DNA of 35,777 bases, taken from positions 1-35,777 of the forward strand of contig CBDBIJ010000018.1 in assembly GCA_965205655.1 (NCBI GenBank), in the 5' to 3' direction. This document shows, one piece after another, positions 10,116 through 20,414 of this stretch (its first letter is position 1; every line of letters starts with the position of its first letter). A model generated the notes under the pieces. That model searched no databases, had not been told where the DNA came from, and saw only the letters and a program-made list of their open reading frames with translations. The translations under genes and the position numbers were made by a program. The stretch comes from Candidatus Latescibacterota bacterium. Lineage in GTDB: Bacteria; Latescibacterota; UBA2968; UBA8231.

Positions 10116-11095
10116 TCGGTTTGGGCGGCATCTCGCGATTGCACGCCCGGGCGGTTCTGGAATCGCACAGGGCCGAGCTGATCGCGGCTTGCGACGTCTC
10201 GAAGGAGGCGGTTGATCGGTTTGTGGGCGAGTTCGACCTGAAGCGGGTCTATCTCGACCTGGAAGAGATGGTCAGGACGGAGGATCTGGACATCGCAATC
10301 GTCTGCACGTGGGGTCCCTGTCACGCCGAGATCAGCAACTGCATCGCTCGAACCCGCACCGTTCGGGCGATCCTCTGTGAGAAACCGATCAGCCAGACGG
10401 CGACAGAGAGCGGGGAGATGTTCGCAACTGCGCGGGAAAACGACGTCCTCCTGGCCGAGGCTGTGAAATCTCTGCATCACCCGCTGAACTTGAAAGCGAA
10501 GGAGCTTGTAGATGCCGGCACCATCGGCCAGCTTAGGTGTATTCGCGGGACCTTCACCAGCGCTCGTCCCATTGACAAGTGCACGCCGGAAGCCAGCTGG
10601 AGGTACAATCGCGACAGGGGGGGTGGAATCGTCTACGACCTGGGTTGCTACGTCCTTCACCATGTCCGTTGCCTCACGGGAGTAGATCCCGAACGCGTTT
10701 ACGCTACGGGCTCGTACGGCGATGAAGTGGAGTTCGACGTGTCTGCGGTTTTGGGATTTGCGGATGACGTGACCGCCCAGCTCAGCTTCAGCTGGCTACA
10801 GTTCCCATCCCAGTATATCGAGATCGTAGGCGCCGAAGGTGAGATCCGCGTTGACCCTGCTTTCAACAACGAAAACAGCGCGACGGTCCTTCAGGTGCAG
10901 ACGCGAGACAATGTGGAGAGCTTCGAGTTCCAACCTGTGGATCCGTTCGCGCTACAGCTCGACCACCTCTGCGATTGTCTCGACAGCGGACTCCCTCACA
11001 GAGTGGCGCCCGAAGACAGCATGGGCAATATGAAAACGATCGATGCCATTCATGAATCCATGAGAGAAGGTCAGGCCATCGACCTGCTCACGTAG
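10097..11095 (+). CDS. Gfo/Idh/MocA-family oxidoreductase
   Basis: GIVGLGGI Rossmann motif, CEKP, GGGIVYDLGCY. Confidence 0.92.
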   Translation: MYRVGIVGLGGISRLHARAVLESHRAELIAACDVSKEAVDRFVGEFDLKRVYLDLEEMVRTEDLDIAIVCTWGPCHAEISNCIARTRTVRAILCEKPISQTATESGEMFATARENDVLLAEAVKSLHHPLNLKAKELVDAGTIGQLRCIRGTFTSARPIDKCTPEASWRYNRDRGGGIVYDLGCYVLHHVRCLTGVDPERVYATGSYGDEVEFDVSAVLGFADDVTAQLSFSWLQFPSQYIEIVGAEGEIRVDPAFNNENSATVLQVQTRDNVESFEFQPVDPFALQLDHLCDCLDSGLPHRVAPEDSMGNMKTIDAIHESMREGQAIDLLT

Positions 11096-11504
11096 TGCTA
11101 TCGGTTCCTATCCACTTGCGCAAGTCGTCGAAGAAGGTGTAGCACAGGGGCACGATCACCAGCGTCAGCACCATGGAGGCGAGTAGTCCCCCCATCAGCG
11201 TCCGCCCCATGGGTGAGTAGGGCATGCCGATCACCTTGGCATTGCCCACGGCCATGGGGATCAGGCAAAACGTCGTAGTAAAGGTCGTCATCAGTATCGG
11301 CCGGAAGCGGTGCCAGGCGGCCTCGACCAGGGGCCTCGCCGCGACTCATCCCTTCCCGGCGCAGGCGATTGGTGAGATCGATCAGTACGATGGCGTTGTT
11401 GACGACTATCCCGATGAGGATGACCGTACCGATCCTGGCCAGAATCTCATAGGTTGTGCCCGTCAGATAGAGGGTCCAGTAGACCCCGAGGAACGCAAAG
11501 GGAT
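11088..11504 (-). pseudogene. C-terminal fragment of RND (AcrB-type) permease, cut by IS30, frameshift ~11331
   Basis: Manual translation IPFAFLGV...LIGIVVNNAIVLID...RFRPILMTT...LIPMA...GGLLASMVLTLVIVP = last TM helices of RND pumps; sequence begins exactly at the IS30 end. Confidence 0.88.
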
Positions 11505-11518
11505 CGCGAGTTCAACCA

Positions 11519-11552
11519 GTCAACGCAACACCTTCGTCAACGCAACACCTTC
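11519..11552. repeat. Perfect 17-bp tandem duplication GTCAACGCAACACCTTC x2 overlapping the IS30 IR
   Basis: Units at 11519-11535 and 11536-11552. Confidence 0.95.
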
Positions 11553-12689
11553 ATTGAAGCGTTCTGCGGGTGAAACGAACCCCAACGTCTTCCGCGGGCG
11601 CTGGTTCAGTTGAAGAGCGACTCTGTTCAGGTCGGCTTGGGAGAATGGCGACAGATCGGTCTTCCTCGGGAAGTACTGTCGAAGAAGGCGATTCGTGTTC
11701 TCATTTGTGCCTCGTTGCCAGGGACTCTGAGGATCACAGAAATACACCTCGACGTCAGTTGCGATCGAGAACTCCTTGTGCCGAGCTAGCTCCATTCCTC
11801 GATCCCAGGTAAGGGACAACCGCACCGCGGAGGGGAGTCGTTTCACCTGGCTGATCAGCGCTCTGACAACGGTCTCGGTGTCTTTGCCGTTGAGCTTCAC
11901 GAGCATCGTGAACCGAGACTGCCGCTCCACCAACGTGGCGATGTGCGTGTTGTTCGACCCCGAGATCAAGTCTCCCTCCCAGTGGCCGGGAACGGCGCGG
12001 TCCTCGATCTCGGCAGGCCGCTCGCTGATGGATACGGCGTCGACGATCCGGCCTCTCGGCTGATCGCGTGTGCTTGCCTTCTTGGATCGCCGCATCATCC
12101 TTCGCGTCCGCAGATGCGCAATGAGGTCCTTGTTGAGTGCCCCGCGTGCCTGGATGAAGAGAGTTCGATAGATCGTTTCGTGGGATATCTGCATATTTCC
12201 TAAAAGCGCATACTCCCGCTTCAGCCATCCCGATATCTGCTCAGGTGACCACTTCAGGCGTAGCTTGTCCGCCACGACTCGCCGCAAACGAAGATTGGAT
12301 GCGAGTCGGCAGCATTTCGGCCGGCTGGCGCGCGTCCAGGCTGCTTGGTCGGCGACGTTTGCTCGGTACCTTTGCCGCCCGCCATTGCGGGCAATCTCTC
12401 GGCTAACCGTCGAGGGTGCACGCTCAACAGCGGCCGCAATTATTCGTATCGATTTTCCCGCAGCGATACCTCGAGAGATCTCTTCACGCTCTTCCCAGCC
12501 AAGAGCCCATCGAGAGCGTCGACGCGGCATTGGTACGATGCCCCCATTGGCGGTGATGACACCATGAATCGACGCCGGATGCTTCCCGAGCGCCCGACCA
12601 ATATCGCTATGCGACTGGCCGCTCTTCCATCGACGCCATACCTCCAACTTCTGTGACGCGGACAATCCTGGTCGTCCCATTTGAGCCAT
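11520..12689 (-). CDS. IS30-family transposase
   Basis: STVSREIARN HTH, WSPEQI, SHETIY, GHWEGD, TWDRG-x-E, PWQRGTNENTN-x-LLRQYFP. ATG at 12689 best spaced from AGGAG (alternative 12698). Confidence 0.95.
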   Translation of the reverse strand: MAQMGRPGLSASQKLEVWRRWKSGQSHSDIGRALGKHPASIHGVITANGGIVPMPRRRSRWALGWEEREEISRGIAAGKSIRIIAAAVERAPSTVSREIARNGGRQRYRANVADQAAWTRASRPKCCRLASNLRLRRVVADKLRLKWSPEQISGWLKREYALLGNMQISHETIYRTLFIQARGALNKDLIAHLRTRRMMRRSKKASTRDQPRGRIVDAVSISERPAEIEDRAVPGHWEGDLISGSNNTHIATLVERQSRFTMLVKLNGKDTETVVRALISQVKRLPSAVRLSLTWDRGMELARHKEFSIATDVEVYFCDPQSPWQRGTNENTNRLLRQYFPRKTDLSPFSQADLNRVALQLNQRPRKTLGFVSPAERFNEGVALTKVLR

Positions 12690-12751
12690 GTGCAACATCT
12701 CCTATGATTAGATTAGTGGGGAGAATGTTGCATTGACCGATTGAATATACC

Positions 12752-13527
12752 AGGTCTCGGCGCGGGCCTCGTCGGTGCGTCTGAAAGACACCGTCCTGCT
12801 CGCCGTGCGACCCGGCGACGTGGCGCGTTTCGTCACCCTTGAAGAGAAGATGGTGATGGAGCAGGAGATGGCCACGGAGTCGGTGGAGAAGGCGGCGCAG
12901 GACAGGCAGAAGATTCGGGGCGAAGCCTCGAGGCTGTCGCGAAACATCAAGAACGTTCAGGCCACGATCAAAGGTCTGGAGCGATCGATCAAGGCTTTGA
13001 AGCGGTTCGACGACGTCGTCGTCAAGCCTCAGTTCAACAACATCAACCGCGAACTCCACGCCATCAAGGAAGAGCTCAGCTGGCTCAGGGAGACGGTGAG
13101 CCTGATGAAGGCGGTGCCGGTGGAGGGGCTGACCGAGGGCATGGCCGGCGAGCTGTCCGAAGAGAACGTCGAAAAGCTCCGCGGGCTGATCCAGCAGGAG
13201 ATTGATGCGATCAAGGCCGAACTGGCCACCAGAGTCTCGATGCCATTGGAGGACGCCCCACCTCCGGACCTAGCGATTGACGACGAGATGATGGAAGATG
13301 AAGAAGAGGAAGTTGCGATATGGGCGAACCCGATTCTGTGGGTTGTGATCATGGCAATCGGCCTGGCCGCCATAGTCTACTTCGTTTATACCAAGTTTCT
13401 CGCCGGCGGCGGCGACGAAGACGACGAGGATGAGGAAGAGGACGACGAAGAGGAGGAGGAGGATGAGGAAATGGACCTGGATATCGAAGAGGAAGAAGAC
13501 GATATCGTCGTCGAGGAGACCAGCTAG
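12752..13527 (+). pseudogene. 5'-truncated membrane-anchored protein: coiled coil, single TM helix, very acidic tail
   Basis: Frame is open back to the IS30 boundary with no RBS; heptad-like region, TM ILWVVIMAIGLAAIVYFVY, D/E tract at C-terminus. Confidence 0.7.
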
Positions 13528-13555
13528 CGTGAACGGTCCTACCACATTCAAGTCG

Positions 13556-14365
13556 ATGGTGCAGCTCGTCCTGATTGCCGCTCTGCTGCCTATCGCTGCC
13601 GGAGCCGCCTCTCACGGCGACATGCTGGGGGAGGGTCTCATCATCCGAATTCACCACCGGGGTCTCGTCTTCATCGACATCGGGGAGAGCGACGGCGTCA
13701 TGAAAGGGGACCTGTTCAACATCGTCTCCTCGGAAGTGCTGGCCCATCCTCTTACCGGCGACACGCTGGCGGTGACGCCCAAGAATATCGGGGCGATTCA
13801 GGTGCATCAGGTGCAGTCCAAGATGTCTGTCGCCAAGATCTTGCACGTCATGCCGGGTGAAGACGTCATGCTCAAGCCGATCGCCAGGGTGAGCGATCCG
13901 GAGCGGCTGGCAGAAATCGAGTATCACGTGAAGCACCAGATGTTCAAGGCCTTGGGCCTGGACGTACCGAAGCGCGTGGCGGTGATTCCCGGCATCTACC
14001 AGATGCGGATGGGTGAAAAGAGGAAGGGATGGGCGCTGCTCGCCGGCCAGGCGGTCAGTCTGGCGGCGGCGATCGGCTATCGAGCCAGCAGCAATGACTG
14101 GCTCCAACAGTATGAGAATTTGCCAGCCGGTCTTGATCAAGGGGATTACGATCGCTACTTCAACACGGCCGACGACAAGCGCGGCCGGAGCAATCGCCTG
14201 CTTTGGTTGGCCGGGGCTATCTACGCCTACAACTGGGCCGATGTACTGTGGCTCGGCGGTGGTGCCAAAATGATAAGGTCGCAGGCGCAGTCTTCGCACA
14301 CGCAGGTGGGCCTGGGCCTGGCGGCGGACGGTGAGCCGCTGTTCCAGGTCGTGCACCGTTTCTAA
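13556..14365 (+). CDS. Hypothetical exported/membrane protein
   Basis: Signal peptide MVQLVLIAALLPIAAGA; small beta domain (FIDIGESDGV-x-x-GD, FlgT-C-like) then IPG-x-YQ...KG...Y-x-YNW-x-D membrane domain. Start could be GTG 13529. Confidence 0.7.
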   Translation: MVQLVLIAALLPIAAGAASHGDMLGEGLIIRIHHRGLVFIDIGESDGVMKGDLFNIVSSEVLAHPLTGDTLAVTPKNIGAIQVHQVQSKMSVAKILHVMPGEDVMLKPIARVSDPERLAEIEYHVKHQMFKALGLDVPKRVAVIPGIYQMRMGEKRKGWALLAGQAVSLAAAIGYRASSNDWLQQYENLPAGLDQGDYDRYFNTADDKRGRSNRLLWLAGAIYAYNWADVLWLGGGAKMIRSQAQSSHTQVGLGLAADGEPLFQVVHRF

Positions 14366-14375
14366 GACAAAAGTC

Positions 14376-14819
14376 ATGCAGCCAGCGAAGGCAACTGCTG
14401 CCTACCTGCTCTGCGCCGCCCTGGTGTGCGCTGCCGCCGGATGTGGCGATCTCAAGCGCGAGAATCCCGTCGACCCCGTCGTCAGCGGCGGCCTCACCTT
14501 GAAGGACCAGCTCGTGGGCAGCTGGAGTCGGACCGAGGGCCAAAACGAGCTGTACTCGTTCAAGGTCGACAACGGTGTTGAGCTGAGCCTCTATTCCTCG
14601 CCTAGCGGCGGCGAGATCGACAGAAACGCCACGGAAACGCAGGTGAGCGTGTTCGCAGGGACGTATTCACTCCTCGGGAGTATCCTCACGATCACTTTCA
14701 CGAGTGAGGATAATGTGACCCTCGAGCCCCCCGATGAGCTGCGGTCGGAGATCACCATCAGGAGCAACACGCTCACGCTCACCCGGCAAGGGGTCGACCG
14801 GCGGTATATCAGGTTCTAG
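14376..14819 (+). CDS. Hypothetical lipoprotein (lipocalin-like)
   Basis: Hydrophobic leader with lipobox AAGC, then RENPVDP and LVGSW. Confidence 0.75.
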   Translation: MQPAKATAAYLLCAALVCAAAGCGDLKRENPVDPVVSGGLTLKDQLVGSWSRTEGQNELYSFKVDNGVELSLYSSPSGGEIDRNATETQVSVFAGTYSLLGSILTITFTSEDNVTLEPPDELRSEITIRSNTLTLTRQGVDRRYIRF

Positions 14820-14859
14820 CAGTAGCCCGCGGCCAGGAAGTCTCTAGCTGTAAAGCTGG

Positions 14860-14887
14860 TTGCCGCCCTCCGGCGCTTCGCTATATT
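14860..14887 (+). promoter_or_regulatory. Putative sigma70 promoter of guaA
   Basis: TTGCCG-N16-TATATT about 70 bp upstream of guaA. Confidence 0.5.
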
Positions 14888-14896
14888 CCTCTCCAA

Positions 14897-14911
14897 ACAC
14901 ACACACACACA
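14897..14911. repeat. (AC)7A dinucleotide tract in guaA leader
   Basis: ACACACACACACACA read directly. Confidence 0.9.
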
Positions 14912-14955
14912 TCTTCCCCGGCAGTAACGACCCCCTCCCCTCGGGAGTCAGCTGA

Positions 14956-16863
14956 TTGAGCAAGGGCATCGTCGTTCTCGATTTCGGCGGTCAGTACGCC
15001 CACCTCATCGCCAACCGCATCCGACGTCTCCACGTCTTCGCCGAGATCCTGCCGCCACATACCCCGGTGGAGAGCCTGAAAAACGCCGCCGGCATCATCC
15101 TCTCGGGCGGTCCATCGAGTGTGTACGCCGAGGATCGTCCCGAGTTCAACGAAGAGATCCTGAAGCAGGACACACCGATGCTGGGACTGTGCTACGGTCA
15201 CCAGCTGCTGTGTCACCAGCTCGGGGGCGGCGTCGAGCCGGGCGAGACGATGGAGTATGGCACCGCCGTATTGCGCGTGAAGTCGGCGAAGGGCGTGCTG
15301 GCCGGCCTGCAACCGGAGGAGCGGATCTGGATGAGTCACCGGGACACGGTGACCGGCGTCCCGGACGGGTTCGAGACGCTCGCAGAGACCGAGGACTGTC
15401 CGATTGCGGTGATGGGCAACGACGAAAAGAGGATTTACGGTATGCAGTTTCACCCGGAGGTGACCCACACCGAATCGGGAATGAAGATTCTGGAGAACTT
15501 CGTCGAACTGTGCGCCTGTGATCGCGACTGGACCATGGAGAATTTCATCAACCTGTCAATGACGGACATACGGAATCAGGTCGGAGAAAGGAGCGTGTTC
15601 CTGTTCGTGAGCGGCGGCGTGGATTCCACCGTCTGCTTCGTGCTGCTCAACAACGCCCTCGGCACGGAACGAGTTCAGGGACTGCACATCGACAACGGCT
15701 TCATGCGCAAGAACGAGACTGCCGCCGTGGAGCGGCTCCTGCAGGACAACGGCTTCGAGCGCTTGAAGGTCGTTGATGCGAGTGCCGAGTTTCTCGCCGC
15801 CGTCGACGGAGTGGCGGACCCGGAAGACAAGCGACGGCTGATCGGCGAGGAGTTCATCGAGGTTCGGGACCGAGTCCTGGCGGATATGAATCTGGACCCC
15901 GACGAGTGGCTGCTCGCGCAAGGGACGCTCTACACCGACACCATCGAGTCGGGCGGCACGGCTCACGCCGATGTTATCAAGACGCACCACAACCGCGTCG
16001 GCGTCATCGAGCAGCTGCTGGCAGAGGGAAAGATCATCGAGCCGCTGAATCAGCTCTACAAAGACGAGGTGCGGGAGCTCGGAGAAAATCTGGGACTGCC
16101 GCATCCTCTCGTGTGGCGCCACCCGTTTCCGGGGCCGGGGTTGGCGGTCAGGGTGCTGTGTCACTGCGGAGCCGGAGACCCAGTCGCCGGCCGGGTTGCA
16201 GGAAACGGCTCCAAGGTTCATGGCGAGGCGGCTTGTGAAACGGGCGCGGCCGAGGCTGACAGGCTATCGGCGCTGCAGGGTCTGTGTGCCGACATACTAC
16301 CGCTTCGCAGCGTCGGGGTGCAGGGTGATGGGCGTACCTACGAGCACCCTGTGGTCATCACGGTCGCACCGGACAGGTTGGCGATCAGTCCGCAGAATGG
16401 CGACGCGGCGACGAATTCCAAAAGAAACTCGGTGCCGTGGACGACACTGGAGCAGGTGTCGACGGAGCTGACCAACTCCATCTCACAAGTCAACAGGGTC
16501 CTGTTCCAGTTGGGTCCTGAGCGCAAGCTGGATCAAGAGCTCAAGGTCGGCTATTTGACATCTGATCGGCTCGCTGTGTTGCGGGAGGCGGATGCCATTG
16601 TCATGAAGGCGCTCGAGCGACACGGCCTGATGGAACGGGTGACCCAGATGCCGACGGTGCTGGTGCCGCTGTCCTCGGATGGGGTACAGGAGAGTGTCGT
16701 GCTGCGGCCAATCTCGACCGACGACTTCATGACCGCCAGGTTCGATCAACTGCCGGCCACGTTTCTCGAGGATGTCACGGTGAGGCTGCTCGCGGTGCCG
16801 GGGATCGAAGCGGTCTACTACGATATCACCCACAAACCGCCGGGAACGGTGGAATGGGAATGA
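14956..16863 (+). CDS. guaA: GMP synthase (glutamine-hydrolysing), long form
   Basis: LDFGGQY, SGGPSSV, GLCYG (Cys), QFHPEV (His-Glu), SGGVDS, IKTHHN, RHPFPGPGL, YDITHKPPGTVEWE; TTG start with GGGAG RBS. Confidence 0.97.
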   Translation: MSKGIVVLDFGGQYAHLIANRIRRLHVFAEILPPHTPVESLKNAAGIILSGGPSSVYAEDRPEFNEEILKQDTPMLGLCYGHQLLCHQLGGGVEPGETMEYGTAVLRVKSAKGVLAGLQPEERIWMSHRDTVTGVPDGFETLAETEDCPIAVMGNDEKRIYGMQFHPEVTHTESGMKILENFVELCACDRDWTMENFINLSMTDIRNQVGERSVFLFVSGGVDSTVCFVLLNNALGTERVQGLHIDNGFMRKNETAAVERLLQDNGFERLKVVDASAEFLAAVDGVADPEDKRRLIGEEFIEVRDRVLADMNLDPDEWLLAQGTLYTDTIESGGTAHADVIKTHHNRVGVIEQLLAEGKIIEPLNQLYKDEVRELGENLGLPHPLVWRHPFPGPGLAVRVLCHCGAGDPVAGRVAGNGSKVHGEAACETGAAEADRLSALQGLCADILPLRSVGVQGDGRTYEHPVVITVAPDRLAISPQNGDAATNSKRNSVPWTTLEQVSTELTNSISQVNRVLFQLGPERKLDQELKVGYLTSDRLAVLREADAIVMKALERHGLMERVTQMPTVLVPLSSDGVQESVVLRPISTDDFMTARFDQLPATFLEDVTVRLLAVPGIEAVYYDITHKPPGTVEWE

Positions 16864-16864
16864 G

Positions 16865-16915
16865 AAGACCGAACGAGGTTCGGTCTTTTGCAGTTGAGGC
16901 GTTCGCCTCAACTGC
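16865..16915. terminator. Two adjacent perfect hairpins between convergent guaA and tyrS
   Basis: AAGACCGAAC-gag-GTTCGGTCTT+TT (16865-16889) and GCAGTTGAGGC-gttc-GCCTCAACTGC (16890-16915). Confidence 0.8.
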
Positions 16916-16960
16916 TACGGTTCTCCTGCTCTACCAGGCGTCGCCATATGTCGGCGAATC

Positions 16961-18211
<1,251 letters not shown>

Positions 18212-18364
18212 AGTCCTACAAATGAAGAGCCCACAGGTAGTAGTGGCAAATCACCCAACGGCGGTCGATACACGTACTGTCGGTGGCGAGTTGATCAGGT
18301 GGGATTCTTTCCACACAGGCATTCCCGGCCGATGACGCGCGCCCAATCCAGAAAAGGTGATACC

Positions 18365-18580
18365 GTGGCCACGCACGAGGTTCGAGAGTCCGGAATCTAT
18401 CGCAACGAGTCGATCCACTGCTACGAGGCCTGGGTCGTCGAGCCGTATACGGAATCGACCGTGCTCGTGTCAACCTGCAGTCTGTGTGTCTCGGAGGAGG
18501 AGTTCCACTGGTGGGAGGAGCGGGTTGTCCGAGGTCTCCTCGGCAAGACCGGCCCGGAATCGCTTTTGCGCGCTGCCTGA
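18365..18580 (+). CDS. Small hypothetical protein (71 aa)
   Basis: GTG start with AAAAGGTGA RBS; protein-like composition; CSLC motif. Confidence 0.45.
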   Translation: MATHEVRESGIYRNESIHCYEAWVVEPYTESTVLVSTCSLCVSEEEFHWWEERVVRGLLGKTGPESLLRAA

Positions 18581-18618
18581 ATCTGCTGTCTGCGCCAATC
18601 AGTTGTCGTTTCTCATTC

Positions 18619-18653
18619 TTGAAAGCTGTGCGAGCTTCCGTTAGCTTTATAGT
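18619..18653 (+). promoter_or_regulatory. Putative sigma70 promoter of tRNA-Val
   Basis: TTGAAA-N17-TAGCTT, with alternative -10 TATAGT at 18648-18653. Confidence 0.5.
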
Positions 18654-18667
18654 GAACGCTGCTCTTG

Positions 18668-18744
18668 GGGCGATTAGCTCAGCTGGTCAGAGCACCTGCC
18701 TTACAAGCAGGGGGTCGCTGGTTCGAGCCCGGCATCGCCCACCA
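18668..18744 (+). tRNA. tRNA-Val (anticodon TAC)
   Basis: Acceptor GGGCGAT/ATCGCCC, D arm GCTC..GAGC, anticodon arm CCTGC-CTTACAA-GCAGG, GGTTCGAG T loop, encoded CCA. Confidence 0.98.
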
Positions 18745-18747
18745 GAA

Positions 18748-18787
18748 AAACGCCCTGTGGAGATTACCCCTATTTCCCAGGGCGTTT
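18748..18787 (+). terminator. Stem-loop directly after tRNA-Val
   Basis: AAACGCCCTG ... CAGGGCGTTT 10-bp inverted repeat with a long loop. Confidence 0.55.
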
Positions 18788-18922
18788 CGCGACCCACAAG
18801 ACCGTCGCTTCTCGGCTTGAATAAGGTGTTTACCATTCGGAACGCGGCTCACATGTCGACGGCTAGCGGCTTCGCAAGCGCTCGACCACAAGGGCGGAAA
18901 CTGTTTGCACATACGAGGACCC

Positions 18923-20235
18923 ATGGGTAACGAAAAGCCGGATATCATCATCATCGGCTCCGGAATCATCGGGGCCGCGATCGCGTTCGAGGCATCGAAG
19001 AGAGGGTTCAAGACGCTCACCCTGGACAAGCTCGCAGTAGCTGGCTACGGCTCCACCAGCAACACCTGCGCGATCATTCGAACCCACTATTCCACCTGGG
19101 AGGGCACCGCGATCGCTTACGAAAGCTTCTTCTACTGGAAGAACTGGCGGGAATATCTCGAAGTCGACGACGAAATATGCTCAGCCGAGCTCAAGCACAC
19201 CGGCTTGCTCATCATTCGGACCAAGGGTCAGGATCTGTGTAAGTACCTCAAGATTCACGACGAATTGGGCATTCCGGTACGAGGAGTGGGACCTGGAGAC
19301 CCTGAAGCAGAAGGCTCCGTTGCTGGACGACCACTCGTATTGGCCTCCCCGGCGTCCGGATGAACCGGGATTCGACCAGACCCCTGCCGACCACGTCACG
19401 GGAGGCGTTTTCATCCCGTCTGCGGGCTATATCAACGATGCCGTACTCTCCGTGCACAACCTGCAGCAAGCGGCGGAGGCCAAGGGGGCACAATTCCGGT
19501 TTGACGAAGAGGTGGTGGAGATTCGAAAGGACGGGAGTCGCGTGGCAGGCGTGACGCTCAAGGGAGGCGAGCAGATCGATAGCCAAGTGGTGGTCAACGC
19601 GGCGGGGCCGCATTCGCTAATGATCAATCGGATGGCGGGGGTGGAGGAGGATATGAAAATCAAGACCCGCGCTCTGCGGCACGAGGTCCATTTCGTACCC
19701 GCGCCCGATGAGTACGACACCGAAGCGCGATGCATATGTCATGTCTGATGACGACACCGGCGGATACAGTCGCCCAAAGGCAGGAAATCTGATCCTGATT
19801 GGCAGTCAGGACCCAGAGTGTGATCCCAGGGAATGGGTCGAAGACCCGGACAACTTCAATCGACAGGTAACGACGGAGCAATGGCGAGCTCAGGTCTATC
19901 GGGCGGCCAAGCGGGTGCCGAGCCTCCCGATCCCGAGTCAGCCAAAAGGTGTCGTCGATTTGTACGACGTGACTGATGACTGGATTCCGATCTACGACAA
20001 GTCCAGTTTAAAAGGCTTCTACATGGCTGTGGGCACGAGCGGCAATCAATATAAGAATGCCCCTGTGGTGGGGCAGCTCATGACTGCGCTCATCGATGCG
20101 TGCGAGCATGGACGGGATCACGACAAAGACCCCGTAACGCTCAAAACCCGCTACACTGCTGTAACGCTGAATGTCGGGTTCTACTCGCGCCTTCGAGAGA
20201 TCAACCGGGGCAGCAGCTTTTCGGTGCTCGGCTGA
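18923..20235 (+). CDS. FAD-dependent oxidoreductase (DAO/sarcosine oxidase beta-like); two frameshifts (~19276, ~19730)
   Basis: IIIGSGIIG, GYGSTS, VVNAAGP, YDVTDDWIPI, GTSGNQYKNAP across three consecutive ORFs. Confidence 0.88.
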
Positions 20236-20327
20236 GCCGCAGGTATTCACTTGACAGTTGACCAGTAAATAGGCGGTGGTCAGAGAGTCCAAGGGAATAT
20301 TTGCTCATCACCTACCAGTATCTTCTT

Positions 20328-20369
20328 AAAAAACAGAGGCCTACGAGAATTTCCCTCGTAGGCCTCTGT
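20328..20369 (-). terminator. Rho-independent terminator of exbB-like gene
   Basis: 15-bp stem ACAGAGGCCTACGAG / CTCGTAGGCCTCTGT followed on minus strand by a T run. Confidence 0.88.
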
Positions 20370-20414
20370 CGTATCGGGCGACTGACTCTAGTCAACTGCG
20401 GAGGGCTATCTCTG

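Larger units (their letters stand above)
11505..12751 (-). mobile_element. IS30-family insertion sequence (1247 bp)
   Basis: Imperfect 26-bp IRs: CGCGAGTTCAACCAGTCAACGCAACA (11505-11530) and reverse complement GGTATATTCAATCGGTCAATGCAACA (12726-12751), similar to IS30 IRs; no target duplication. Confidence 0.92.

Noticed and set aside
11519..11552. CRISPR-like repeats
   Set aside because: Only two abutting units with no spacer; no cas genes or arrays anywhere in the window.
13430..13555. Arg/Lys-rich N-terminus of the 311-aa ORF
   Set aside because: Alternate-frame reading of the upstream acidic tail.
18668..18922. tRNA-Val as an integration site for an island
   Set aside because: No integrase and no repeat of the tRNA 3' end was seen in the window.
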